Program-made: the position numbers and the translations under genes
Shown: positions 39,075-48,277 of the stretch, piece after piece
Layout: every line of letters starts with the position of its first letter
How positions within the stretch are numbered: the stretch's first letter is position 1
Origin: Candidatus Zhuqueibacterota bacterium
GTDB lineage: Bacteria > BS750m-G25
Length of the DNA: 64,000 nt
Direction: 5' to 3'
NCBI GenBank assembly: GCA_016783505.1
Contig: JADHWK010000004.1
Coordinates: 1-64,000, forward strand
Notes under the pieces: generated by a model
The model's database searches: none
Told to the model about the DNA's origin: nothing
Seen by the model: only the letters and a program-made list of their open reading frames with translations

Positions 39075-39737
39075 ATGAAAAGAGCAATCTTAACCATTAG
39101 CGCTGTATGTGTTTTTATTTCAGGATTTACAGCGCACCCAGTCTGTAGTCAAGTTCAGGGTGGTGATTTATTGAATGAAGCGCCCCTTACCCCAATCCCT
39201 GCTGATATGACATTTGAAGAATATCGGGATATGAATCGCCGACTTACCGTTGGATTAGTTTTAGCCGCCATTCCTGTTCCTGGCATGATTCATTTTTATG
39301 CCGGGGAAAAAAAGACCGGTTGGCGAATTCTCGGTGCCGCAGCCATTGGGGTGGGAAGCATTATTGTCGGTGCAGTTAGCCTTGATGAGGGTGACTTCCC
39401 AGATTCAGACTTTGATCTATTCATTTTAAACCAGGGTGATAAAGACAAAGAAAGACAATTTGAGAAAATTCCAGTGGAAATGACTAGCACAGATACAACC
39501 TACAAACTCCACGAAATTTTCAGAGAAAGAGAAGGTGCCGGTGGTCTTCTTATTATTCTTGGTGCGGCGATATTAATTGGAGACATTGCCTACGATTTCA
39601 TTCATGGTATCCGGACTATTGAAGAAAAACGGGATCGGGTTCGTTTCAAATATGGAAAAATGCTGAGTCTTAGCATCAAACCTGAAATTAATTTCAAAAA
39701 TAACTCAGCAGGTATTAAATTGGCGTTTAATTTTTAG
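39075..39737 (+). CDS. exported/membrane hypothetical protein
   Basis: Signal peptide, AAIPVPGMIHFYAGE, two hydrophobic segments, C-terminal IKLAFNF; AAGGAG SD. Confidence 0.75.
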   Translation: MKRAILTISAVCVFISGFTAHPVCSQVQGGDLLNEAPLTPIPADMTFEEYRDMNRRLTVGLVLAAIPVPGMIHFYAGEKKTGWRILGAAAIGVGSIIVGAVSLDEGDFPDSDFDLFILNQGDKDKERQFEKIPVEMTSTDTTYKLHEIFREREGAGGLLIILGAAILIGDIAYDFIHGIRTIEEKRDRVRFKYGKMLSLSIKPEINFKNNSAGIKLAFNF

Positions 39738-39832
39738 ACGTGTGATAGCTGGTAAGTATAAGGATTAGAGATTTAAGTTGTAAGAGTTAGATGGGATAAT
39801 TTTGATGCTAAGGTTTCCAAGGATCTTTTCCC

Positions 39833-39903
39833 GTCTAACTCCCACTGCACTTGGCCCCGATCCCCAGGCATCAGGAGGGGTAAGATGAGCTCTCCTGTTA
39901 TTC
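39833..39903 (+). repeat. attC-like site (degenerate)
   Basis: GTCTAAC-tcccactgcacttgg...gatgagctctcct-GTTATTC, similar to 38773..38838. Confidence 0.45.
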
Positions 39904-40004
39904 TCAATTGACGTTAACCATCGTTTCTATACCCGTAACAACGTCCTCATTCACGATATTTAACATTACAACTTCAATGTTATGATTTGGTGATACCAGA
40001 AAAC

Positions 40005-40037
40005 AAAAACCAGCATCGAAAGGATGCTGGTTTTTTT
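40005..40037. terminator. bidirectional intrinsic terminator
   Basis: AAAAACCAGCATC-gaaag-GATGCTGGTTTTTTT between convergent genes. Confidence 0.75.
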
Positions 40038-40255
40038 ATCTGCTCAGTCGGGCGCCTGACGGATAATGGGAGGGATCAGGGGTAAATGAATCAAAATATT
40101 CTCCTTTATTCTTATCTACCCCCACCCTAACCCTCCCCCATTAAGGGGAAGGGAATCCAATCAGTCGGGCATCAGTTAGACATCAGTCCGGTGCCTGACG
40201 GACCTCACTAATCTGACCGGCCTGCCCAGTGCCCCAAAGGGGCTAAATTCAAATT

Positions 40256-41584
40256 CTATCCCACCTCCGCATTCAATTCCTTCACCCACCCCTTGATCCC
40301 CTGCCACTCCTCCCGGGGGATAACGTTATAGATAAACGTGGTATTGTTGTGGGTAAGCGGGTCTTCCTCTATGAAAGGGAACGATTCTTTCAAACGGTCA
40401 AACACCGGCGTTCCCGGCACTGGCGAGAGCTGGGCAAGCCTCACCTGAACCCCGAGCCCATGAACTAATTTTACCGTTTTCCTGATCTCCTCAACGGAAA
40501 ATTCGGGCAGGCCGCCCATTACATATACTCCGATTTCGGCCCCCTGAAAACCGGCGTGCTTCAGATAGGCCACCGCCCTTTCTACCTCATCACCGGTCAC
40601 CTTCCCCCCCAGCTTAGATTGTAGTTCCTCATCCCATGTCTCAAGCCCCATTCTTATAGTCTTGAAACCGGCTCGTTTCATCTTCCGGGCCAGTCCTTCA
40701 GTGACGAAGCGGGGATGGATACCATTGGGGGAATGGAGGTTGAGGTCCAGGTAATTATTAATGATCCCATCCAAAATCTGTTCGAACCTATCCCCACCCC
40801 CCACCAACAGGGCATCGTCAAAAAAAGCCACATCCCTTATCCGATAATGTTTCACCGCCCGAATGATATCATCCATGACCCCATCGGGCTCTCTTTCCTG
40901 GAAACGGGGTTGAAGTAGGTGGGCGCCGCAGTAAGGACATTGAAAGGGACAGCCGAAACTGGTGAAGATAGTAAGGTAGGTTATCCGGGGGTATAGGTCA
41001 AATAAGACAGGTGTTTCTCCCCCGGCTTCCAGATGACGATCCAGCACCCGAGAAAGGGCTTTCCAAAACCCCTCCCGGGGTCTTCCGGTAAGGACTAGAT
41101 CGGCCCCTGAATTCCGGCGAGCGAAGTCGGGGCACAGGGTGGCAAATATCCCCCCGAGGATGATGGGAACCCCGGGCAAACGTTCCTTCACTAAGGCGAT
41201 AGCCTCGAAGACGCCCGGATACCAGTAGGTCATCCCCGAGGTGATCAATACCGCATCGGGCCGGGGAAATGCTTTTAATCGGCGGGCAAACTCCGCCTCC
41301 GGCAGGCCGTAGCGCTTGTAACGCAGGGGAAGGTGCTGGAAATAAGTTGGTTTTGAAACCGGTTCAAAATAATATTTCCCGGTTCCGAATTTTTTCTCTT
41401 TAACCTTAAATCTTTTTTGAAAATACGGGTCGTGTCGGTCCAGACAATCAATGAGATGAACTTCAATCCCCTGTCTCTTAAGTTCGCCCCCGATGGTAAG
41501 CAGCCCCATCGGCTTGGACCAGAAGTCGTAGGCGGCAAAATCGTAGATCCAGGGATTGATTAACAGCGCCCTCTTTTTCATCAC
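40256..41584 (-). CDS. B12-binding-domain radical SAM protein
   Basis: LLINPWIYDFAAYDFW, ILGGIFAT, GCPFQCPYC, FFDD. Confidence 0.87.
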   Translation of the reverse strand: MMKKRALLINPWIYDFAAYDFWSKPMGLLTIGGELKRQGIEVHLIDCLDRHDPYFQKRFKVKEKKFGTGKYYFEPVSKPTYFQHLPLRYKRYGLPEAEFARRLKAFPRPDAVLITSGMTYWYPGVFEAIALVKERLPGVPIILGGIFATLCPDFARRNSGADLVLTGRPREGFWKALSRVLDRHLEAGGETPVLFDLYPRITYLTIFTSFGCPFQCPYCGAHLLQPRFQEREPDGVMDDIIRAVKHYRIRDVAFFDDALLVGGGDRFEQILDGIINNYLDLNLHSPNGIHPRFVTEGLARKMKRAGFKTIRMGLETWDEELQSKLGGKVTGDEVERAVAYLKHAGFQGAEIGVYVMGGLPEFSVEEIRKTVKLVHGLGVQVRLAQLSPVPGTPVFDRLKESFPFIEEDPLTHNNTTFIYNVIPREEWQGIKGWVKELNAEVG

Positions 41585-41873
41585 ATAGCTGAGACTAACT
41601 AATTTGTTGCTTCAAGGTTACACCTTGAAGCATTACAGAATACCTTTAGGTTATATTGTAATCGTATTGGAGATAAAATAGGGTAAATACCCCTCCTTTT
41701 GAACTAATCAGTCTGGTCATTTCTGCCGTTACTTAAGGTATAATGATTCTTTTCCAAAGATCGTTTCCCCCTGGCCGGGCAGGCAAGACCCTTCGGGTCC
41801 CAAGACCTCTAGGGCCGACAAGGTTCAACCTTGAAAGAACAGATGCCCCACCGCACCACTGCACCTCTTCTTT

Positions 41874-42332
41874 TTATTTATGAAGCTTCAGTACCACCAG
41901 ACTGGACACCCGGGCATTCTCCTTAATCCATATCCCCGCAGGGCCCACCGCCAACCGCGACCTTATGGGGCCGCCCCCCTCAGTCAATACCCGGGTCTCG
42001 TGGGTGGCCCCGTTGACGGTGATCCGGGGCGAGGGCTGGAGCAGGGCTAAATGGTCCGGGGGTATCCCTAAGCTCTCATTATACTCCAGAATGTATTCAC
42101 CCCCTTCCAGGTGCCACCAGCCGTAGGGTTCGTCGGGATGGATTTTTTCCGCCAGTACGGGTTCTGACCTTCCCTCCTCAAATTCGCTCCCCCCGAAGTC
42201 CACCCGTCCCGGAGCCACCAATCTGCGGATGGCCTTCACGGTCAGGTCGTAGGAGCGTTCACCCGCCTGCTTTTTCTCATATGTGGGATTTTTTATGTAT
42301 CTTCCGATCTCCAACCCGGTCAACTGCTTCAT
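41874..42332 (-). CDS. dCTP deaminase/dUTPase-superfamily protein (divergent)
   Basis: YDLTV, DFGGSE, YGWWHL..G.Y...YNE, IKENARVS. Start moved to MKQL after a GGAGG SD. Confidence 0.65.
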   Translation of the reverse strand: MKQLTGLEIGRYIKNPTYEKKQAGERSYDLTVKAIRRLVAPGRVDFGGSEFEEGRSEPVLAEKIHPDEPYGWWHLEGGEYILEYNESLGIPPDHLALLQPSPRITVNGATHETRVLTEGGGPIRSRLAVGPAGIWIKENARVSSLVVLKLHK

Positions 42333-42373
42333 CCCTATTTCCTCCCCTATATCATTACTTCCAAACAAACTGT

Positions 42374-42895
42374 TCAATTATCCCGATTGACCAATTCTTT
42401 CTTGATTCTTCCCGTCAAGGAAGCTCGATTTTCCAATGTAACCCTGATGATTTCAACATCGGGACGTTGTTTGATGGTATCCGCAAAAAGATGGGAACGG
42501 TGGATGATGGTTCCCAGAACGGGTTTTGGCCCATCGAGGGCCCGCACTACCGATTCTTGAAAGCGCCGGGAGAAAAGCTCCATCTTCCCGATTTCATCAA
42601 TCACCACCAGATCCGCATCTTTTATGGCATCCTCTACTGCACGGACCCCAATCCCCTCAAAAGTCCCCAGGTCTACCCTGTATTTCCCCACCCGGTAGGG
42701 GCTTTTAATATCCACCCCGGCCAGAGCACCCTTTTGGCCGCTGAAGTCCTGGACGGCAAACCCAATCCTCTTCCCCCCTTTTCTGATTTCCCGGGTGAAA
42801 AATCCCCCAGCTTTAAGCCCGAGGGACTCGACTACTTTCAGTAAGACGGTTGTTTTACCAACACCAGGAGCTCCGGTGAGAAAAATATTTTTCAT
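42374..42895 (-). CDS. THEP1-type NTPase (NTPase_1/COG1618)
   Basis: TGAPGVGKTT, GFFTREIR, VGKY.V, IDEIGKMEL. Confidence 0.92.
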   Translation of the reverse strand: MKNIFLTGAPGVGKTTVLLKVVESLGLKAGGFFTREIRKGGKRIGFAVQDFSGQKGALAGVDIKSPYRVGKYRVDLGTFEGIGVRAVEDAIKDADLVVIDEIGKMELFSRRFQESVVRALDGPKPVLGTIIHRSHLFADTIKQRPDVEIIRVTLENRASLTGRIKKELVNRDN

Positions 42896-42899
42896 TCAA

Positions 42900-43457
42900 T
42901 CATGAAATTTTTTTACGAAGCTTAAGATCAATATTTGCCTTTGCTGCCGCATCCCTTATCAGGGTTTTCATTTCAGCCGGACCACCGCCCCCACCTTTCT
43001 TCATCCTACCCATTGCATTTTCTATCAATGCTAACGGCATCAGGGCGCAGGCAGTGCAGTAAAAGGTCATGGATCTCCCGTCGTTATAGTTTTCGATCAG
43101 CTCCTCGGCCAGCAGCCGGCGGGGGTGCTGCTGCCCCAACCACCCTTCCATCCCCAGCTCTCGCTGCAGTTTAAGATTGGGAATAGCCGGCCGGTGGGTG
43201 AGAAAGCTATCACAGGTGGTTCCATCAGGCTGCACCCCCAATAGATGCACCAGCTTATCGCAAGGAAATTCTTCACATTGGGCACAGGTCACCAGCCCGT
43301 GTTTTTTGACCGCACATCGCCAGACTGAACAGTAGTTATGGTTTTCCCCCAATTGACAGCCGATGCAGCGGCTGGGTGCTTTCGATTGATACCTGGGGCA
43401 CAGCCCGCAGTAAAGCCCGCAGGCCCCAGCCAAGTTTTTTTCCTCTTCAAAATTCAT
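42900..43457 (-). CDS. DUF3795 Cys-rich protein
   Basis: ACGLYCGLCP...CIGC...C...C...CAQCEEFPC. Confidence 0.82.
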   Translation of the reverse strand: MNFEEEKNLAGACGLYCGLCPRYQSKAPSRCIGCQLGENHNYCSVWRCAVKKHGLVTCAQCEEFPCDKLVHLLGVQPDGTTCDSFLTHRPAIPNLKLQRELGMEGWLGQQHPRRLLAEELIENYNDGRSMTFYCTACALMPLALIENAMGRMKKGGGGGPAEMKTLIRDAAAKANIDLKLRKKIS

Positions 43458-43527
43458 GGTTTCTTCCCATTCAACGGCTTTCAAACACGGTCACAGACCC
43501 TTCAGATTAAACCTCTTCCTAATATGT

Positions 43528-44631
43528 TTATTTTTTATGCCACTTAATAAGTTCAGCCCCATCTTTTTCAACAGATAGATGATATATATTCCCTTTAATA
43601 TCAATGGCTACATCCCTCTTACAACCAAAGGTAGAGAGTGTTGGAAAATTATCTATTACAACAATTGAGGTACCAGACTTATCTATCTTTCTGATTTCTC
43701 GCAAATACTTAGTAATACCTCCGACCCGTTCATGTTTAGTTACCGCCAGATAAACGTTTCCAATAGTATCATCACCTAAAAATTCCACACTACCCACCTC
43801 TTCCATTACAGTTAATTCAAAGCTTCTTATTCCCATTCCTTGAAGATCCAATTTCTTAATACGGACTGAATGTTTGTCCCCTATCTGTTCAGCGGCGTAA
43901 AAACTAATAGTCGGGTCATTAAGATTGGGGACTCCTTCTATTATTTCCTTAGGTTCAAGTAAATCGGATTTCCCAGCACTAAGGCTAATCTGGCACACTT
44001 TCGCTTGATAACCCAAATAAAGGTTTCCCTTATGATCAACAAAAATTTTTTGGGGAATAATTCCGGTTTCTTTAAGCCAATCCCTGGAGAAGGGAAAACA
44101 AGCCTTAAAAATCAACACGCCCTGTTGATCGTATTTCCTTATTTCATAAGGGGTCAATCCAAATCTGGAACCATGGACGTCAAGGTAATCCATATACTGG
44201 CTAATCTCTGGACTTGTATCCAGAACATATATATTTCCATCTTTATCTATGCAAAAATCATAGCCCGTCTGTTTTTTCCCTTCATCAATCGAAATACTAT
44301 TTAAGAATTTTCCTTTATTATCATACTTCTGAATCTGACGATTCCCCGTATCAAGGATGTAAATATTTCCCAATTTATCTACTGCTATGCTTCTTGGTCC
44401 TGCCAATACACCCTCCTCCCTAATACCAAGATGATATGGCCCCGGTTGACCATCCCGGGGATTCCAAAAACCAGGTGTAAATCGTATCAAAACCTGGGAC
44501 ATGTACTTTTCTTTCCCGGAGCTATAAGGCACTTTTTCTTCTCCGGTAACTTTGGCATTTCCTGCTGTAAAAACTATTACGCTAAATAGGGGAAATAAAA
44601 TATTAATAACAGAATAAACATTCCTTTTCGT
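43528..44631 (-). CDS. NHL-repeat/beta-propeller secreted protein; start codon appears to be ACG (possibly mutated)
   Basis: Repeated D..GNIY(I/V)LD motifs. The frame is open upstream of GTG 44532 to ACG 44631, which follows a GAGGA SD and adds a signal-peptide-like segment. Confidence 0.65.
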   Translation of the reverse strand, partial: TKRNVYSVINILFPLFSVIVFTAGNAKVTGEEKVPYSSGKEKYMSQVLIRFTPGFWNPRDGQPGPYHLGIREEGVLAGPRSIAVDKLGNIYILDTGNRQIQKYDNKGKFLNSISIDEGKKQTGYDFCIDKDGNIYVLDTSPEISQYMDYLDVHGSRFGLTPYEIRKYDQQGVLIFKACFPFSRDWLKETGIIPQKIFVDHKGNLYLGYQAKVCQISLSAGKSDLLEPKEIIEGVPNLNDPTISFYAAEQIGDKHSVRIKKLDLQGMGIRSFELTVMEEVGSVEFLGDDTIGNVYLAVTKHERVGGITKYLREIRKIDKSGTSIVVIDNFPTLSTFGCKRDVAIDIKGNIYHLSVEKDGAELIKWHKK

Positions 44632-44643
44632 TTCGTCCTCTTC

Positions 44644-44810
44644 TTATATTTGCTTTTTCTGTTTATTTTTTTCTAATGAAGAAACACTTTTTTTAGCAAT
44701 TCTTTTTCTTTCTTCAAATCAATCATATATAGCGCCAACTCTTCAATCTTCTGCAGGAGCTTTGCCTGCATTTCCCCTACGTTAACCCCATTTGCACGAA
44801 GTTTTTTGCA
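44644..44810 (-). pseudogene. remnant of a tail-fibre/intramolecular-chaperone-type C-terminal domain
   Basis: Reads [34 protein letters not shown], then a poly-A frameshift before VSSLEK. Confidence 0.6.
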
Positions 44811-44815
44811 GTGAA

Positions 44816-45901
44816 TCAATAAGTTTTTAAAAAATGCCTAACCACCCCGGCGATTTCATCGTTAACATTCCGAATCCCCCCTAATTCCCCTCTTTCAGCC
44901 ACATCTTTTATACTCTCCTTCAGGTTGTTGATGTTCACCGCCGCCCATTGAGTATTGCTAAAGGGCTTTCCCTCAAGCTGGGCCAGGTAAGCTTTATCCG
45001 CCAGATATTGGGCGATCTGGTAGTTCAGCTTCCGATAGTCATCGGGGATGAAACGCTTCATCCGGATGGGCACCCCGTATTCCTGTGATAGCTTTAAGAC
45101 CAGCCGGTTGACCCTTCGTTCATAGCTCCTCACCGGCCCGTAGGCCCCCGGGGGATAGACGGTGTTGTAGTCTTTGACCAATTCCGGATAATACTTTTCC
45201 AGATGCTCGAACAAATACTCCCTCTGCCCCTCGGCCACGGTCATTCCCCCGAAGATGACGAAATCCACTCCCGCCTCCTTGGATTTTTCCAGAACATCCC
45301 GAATGTTCTCTTCGGTATCCAAAAGGAAAGGCAATAAGGGACAGCACATAATCCCCACCTGCAGCCCGGCTTCCTTGAACTTTACCAGCATCTCCCGCCT
45401 TTTTTCAGGGCTGACCGCCCGGGGTTCAAAGGCACGGCTGATCTCAGGATCGAAGGTGATGATTGTGGTTGCCACCGTGGCCCAGCGGCTTTCGCCAATC
45501 TCCTTGATCAATTCCAGATCCCGTAAAACCATAGTAGATTTGGTGAGCATGAACAGGGCGTAGCGGTGTTTCAGGATGACCTTAACCATAGCCTGGGTGA
45601 TCTTTTCGGTGGCCTCGACTGGCTGATAGGCGTCCCCGGCGGAGCCGAAGGCGATGATGTCGGGAAGCAGGGTACGGGCGTTGGTCAACCTCTTGTCCAG
45701 CATTTCCGCCGCCCCCCGCTTGATATAAACCGTATCCCCAAAGTCATCGTGCATATAATACCGCTTACTCCGGGTGTCGCAGTAGACGCAGGCGTGCTCG
45801 CAGCCCTGGTAGGGGTTAACGGCGTATTTATCCCAGAACCAGGTATCGGTATATTTGCGGACAAGGAGGATGGATTTGAATTCTTTGACTTTATATTCCA
45901 T
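44816..45901 (-). CDS. SplB-like (spore photoproduct lyase family) radical SAM protein
   Basis: [37 protein letters not shown]. Confidence 0.82.
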   Translation of the reverse strand: MEYKVKEFKSILLVRKYTDTWFWDKYAVNPYQGCEHACVYCDTRSKRYYMHDDFGDTVYIKRGAAEMLDKRLTNARTLLPDIIAFGSAGDAYQPVEATEKITQAMVKVILKHRYALFMLTKSTMVLRDLELIKEIGESRWATVATTIITFDPEISRAFEPRAVSPEKRREMLVKFKEAGLQVGIMCCPLLPFLLDTEENIRDVLEKSKEAGVDFVIFGGMTVAEGQREYLFEHLEKYYPELVKDYNTVYPPGAYGPVRSYERRVNRLVLKLSQEYGVPIRMKRFIPDDYRKLNYQIAQYLADKAYLAQLEGKPFSNTQWAAVNINNLKESIKDVAERGELGGIRNVNDEIAGVVRHFLKTY

Positions 45902-46147
45902 TTTCAATAAAAATGATATTGTAATATTATTATCTAATTATAATTACATTATGCTACATTTGTTTATCCGTTGCTTCAAGGTTGCACCTTGAAGCATTAC
46001 AAAAAACCTTCCAGTCAGGCACCCAACTGAACCGAAAACCACACAATGATGTCCCGTCCCGAAGTTTCGGGATCGGGACAACCGACAGCCGTTTTACGTA
46101 AACTACAAATTATTTTGGAAAATTCTTAGAAATTCCGAGACGTCCGG

Positions 46148-46366
46148 TTAACTCCCGCTCACCACCGTTTTGATCATCTCCACCAATTTCTTCCGCTCTT
46201 CAGGATTGGCCCGGTGTTCTTTGACCTTTCTCCATACATGGGAGCAGTCGTCACCGAATTGACCGGATGCCTTCAGGAATTGATCGAACTTCTTACGGTT
46301 CTCCCTGGTTCTCTCCACCCCGGCCTCGGCGAACAGGTCGTCTAAGTGTCTGGTGTAGCACGACAT
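46148..46366 (-). CDS. small hypothetical protein
   Basis: MSCYTRHL...CSHVWRKVK; GGAGG SD. Confidence 0.72.
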   Translation of the reverse strand: MSCYTRHLDDLFAEAGVERTRENRKKFDQFLKASGQFGDDCSHVWRKVKEHRANPEERKKLVEMIKTVVSGS

Positions 46367-46649
46367 GATGTCCTCCCTTTGAATTTAAATTCACAGGCTT
46401 TGACACGGTTTGCAACCGTGTCTTTTTCAGACAATACCTGGATTATTCTATTCAAAACCTATTTGTCTCTTCCCGGACTAGCGTGGGGGTAAGCATCAGT
46501 CAGGCGCCCGACTGATAAGTGATCTCCTGGTGCATGATAAGGATAAATTCCAAATTCCAAGCACCAAATCCCAAACAATATCAAATGACAAATCCCGAAG
46601 CTTCGGGATGGAATTTTTAACAACATGGGGATAGCATTATGGTTTACCA

Positions 46650-47849
46650 TCACCCAAACTTCCCCACCTTTTCCAACCTTTCCAGCAGGGCCGAAAGCCT
46701 GATCCCCGTTTTGTAGAAAATCACCTCGCCTTCAAAGTCCTCCTTGGAACAGTTCAATTTCTCATTCACCGCCACGATGAGATTTTTCCGGCCCGCCTTC
46801 CGGATCTTCTCTAACTTATATTTTAGGTATTCCGGCGTCCAGAATCCGATGATTTCCAGCATGGCCACCCTGCCGTCTTTATGTCGAAAAGTGAAATCGG
46901 GGATGAGAACGATATCCCCCAGATCAATTACCTCCCCCTCCCTTTCCAGCACCCAATCCCTGGTTTTACGATTGAATTTCCTGGCAAAGGACTCCTCGAT
47001 ACGGCTGTCGAAGGGATGCTCCCTTCGGTAATGTGAAGTGAGACCACATGTATGATCCAATCCGAACCCTTTTGGTCCCCAATCTGTATTGACCTCAGCC
47101 TCCATCTTCCACTTATTTGCCAGCAGAAGACCGGGCAGAAACAGGGCCATCTGCACCCCGTATTTCTGAGTATTGCGGAACAGGGAGGCGGGGCCGTCCA
47201 ATACTATTTTGTATCCGGAGGGTTCTAAACTCCTGATAAGGTGGATCAGCCTGGCTAACTTGATGTATTTAAACACCACTTTGTAATCGCTAAACAGGTA
47301 GACCTGCAACCGAACGGCCCGGTAGAGCAGGGCCTGGGCCAGGGCTACGTTGTAGCGCCGCACCAGGTCGGGGGGGCGGATCCGGTCGTCAAAATGGATC
47401 AGCACCTGGTTTTCGGGAAGATCACCGTAAAGGTGGGTTTCTAGTTCGGTCCGGGCAATCCCTAACGAACTGGCGACAGCTTCCAGCACCGACCCTCTTT
47501 CCGTTCGATAGATCAGGTCCGGTTCCCTGACAACGGGGTAGGCCCTCTGGGCTTTTGAGAAGATCTCCTGTCTCACCGCCTTATAATCCCAGTCCTTGGC
47601 GGGTCCAAATTGACACTTCTCCTCCAATAGTTTGGCCAATCCCCGATAGATTTTATAATCGGTCCTCCGCCCATAGGCCACCCCGACGGCTTCCTCCAGT
47701 TCCCCGCGGGTCTTCCCCCTGTGGTTCCGATATATCTGAATTAAAGATTCGGAGATGGTCAAGTACTGTTCGCTTTCCCCACGGGTAATATACAAGGGAT
47801 AAACCTGGTTTCCAACCACCCGACAGCGCAACAAATCTGAGGTTAACAT
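46650..47849 (-). CDS. DUF790 / Bax1-like endonuclease
   Basis: MLTSDLL, RYNVALAQALLY, DGPASLF, FDS..E, PDF...EIIGFWTPEYL. Confidence 0.88.
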   Translation of the reverse strand: MLTSDLLRCRVVGNQVYPLYITRGESEQYLTISESLIQIYRNHRGKTRGELEEAVGVAYGRRTDYKIYRGLAKLLEEKCQFGPAKDWDYKAVRQEIFSKAQRAYPVVREPDLIYRTERGSVLEAVASSLGIARTELETHLYGDLPENQVLIHFDDRIRPPDLVRRYNVALAQALLYRAVRLQVYLFSDYKVVFKYIKLARLIHLIRSLEPSGYKIVLDGPASLFRNTQKYGVQMALFLPGLLLANKWKMEAEVNTDWGPKGFGLDHTCGLTSHYRREHPFDSRIEESFARKFNRKTRDWVLEREGEVIDLGDIVLIPDFTFRHKDGRVAMLEIIGFWTPEYLKYKLEKIRKAGRKNLIVAVNEKLNCSKEDFEGEVIFYKTGIRLSALLERLEKVGKFG

Positions 47850-48277
47850 AGTATCACTCCCCGATCAGACATCGCCGGTTAGGTCAGTCTGGCGCCTGGG
47901 CTTGTGGCACAACTCTGAAATCATCGTAAAGATCTTGGGACTGGTTTCCCCTTTGCGTGATAATAAATTATCACGCTATTTCAAAGAAAGTCCCGAAACT
48001 TCGGGACTGATTACAGTATGTCTCAACATACTTTATTTGTATTAGCATAGGAATTTATTCCTAATGCGATAGTCCTGCAACAGGCCCGCCTGACTGACGC
48101 CCGACTGATTTGTGACGGTGTCTTCCCAAACTTCTACTCTATTTAAATTCAAATATTGATCCTCAAGACAATAATAAAGATCCTTTAAACAGGGTTTCAA
48201 ACCCTGTTAGATCGAACATGAATTAAATGGATCTGACACAGTTTGTAACGGTGTCTTTAAACCCCTTTAAAAATTCG

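Noticed and set aside
41600-41870. Cobalamin riboswitch or 6S RNA upstream of the B12 radical SAM gene
   Set aside because: No B12 box or 6S-like architecture. The hairpins are REP-like (TTGCTTCAAGGT...ACCTTGAAGCA recurs at 45971).
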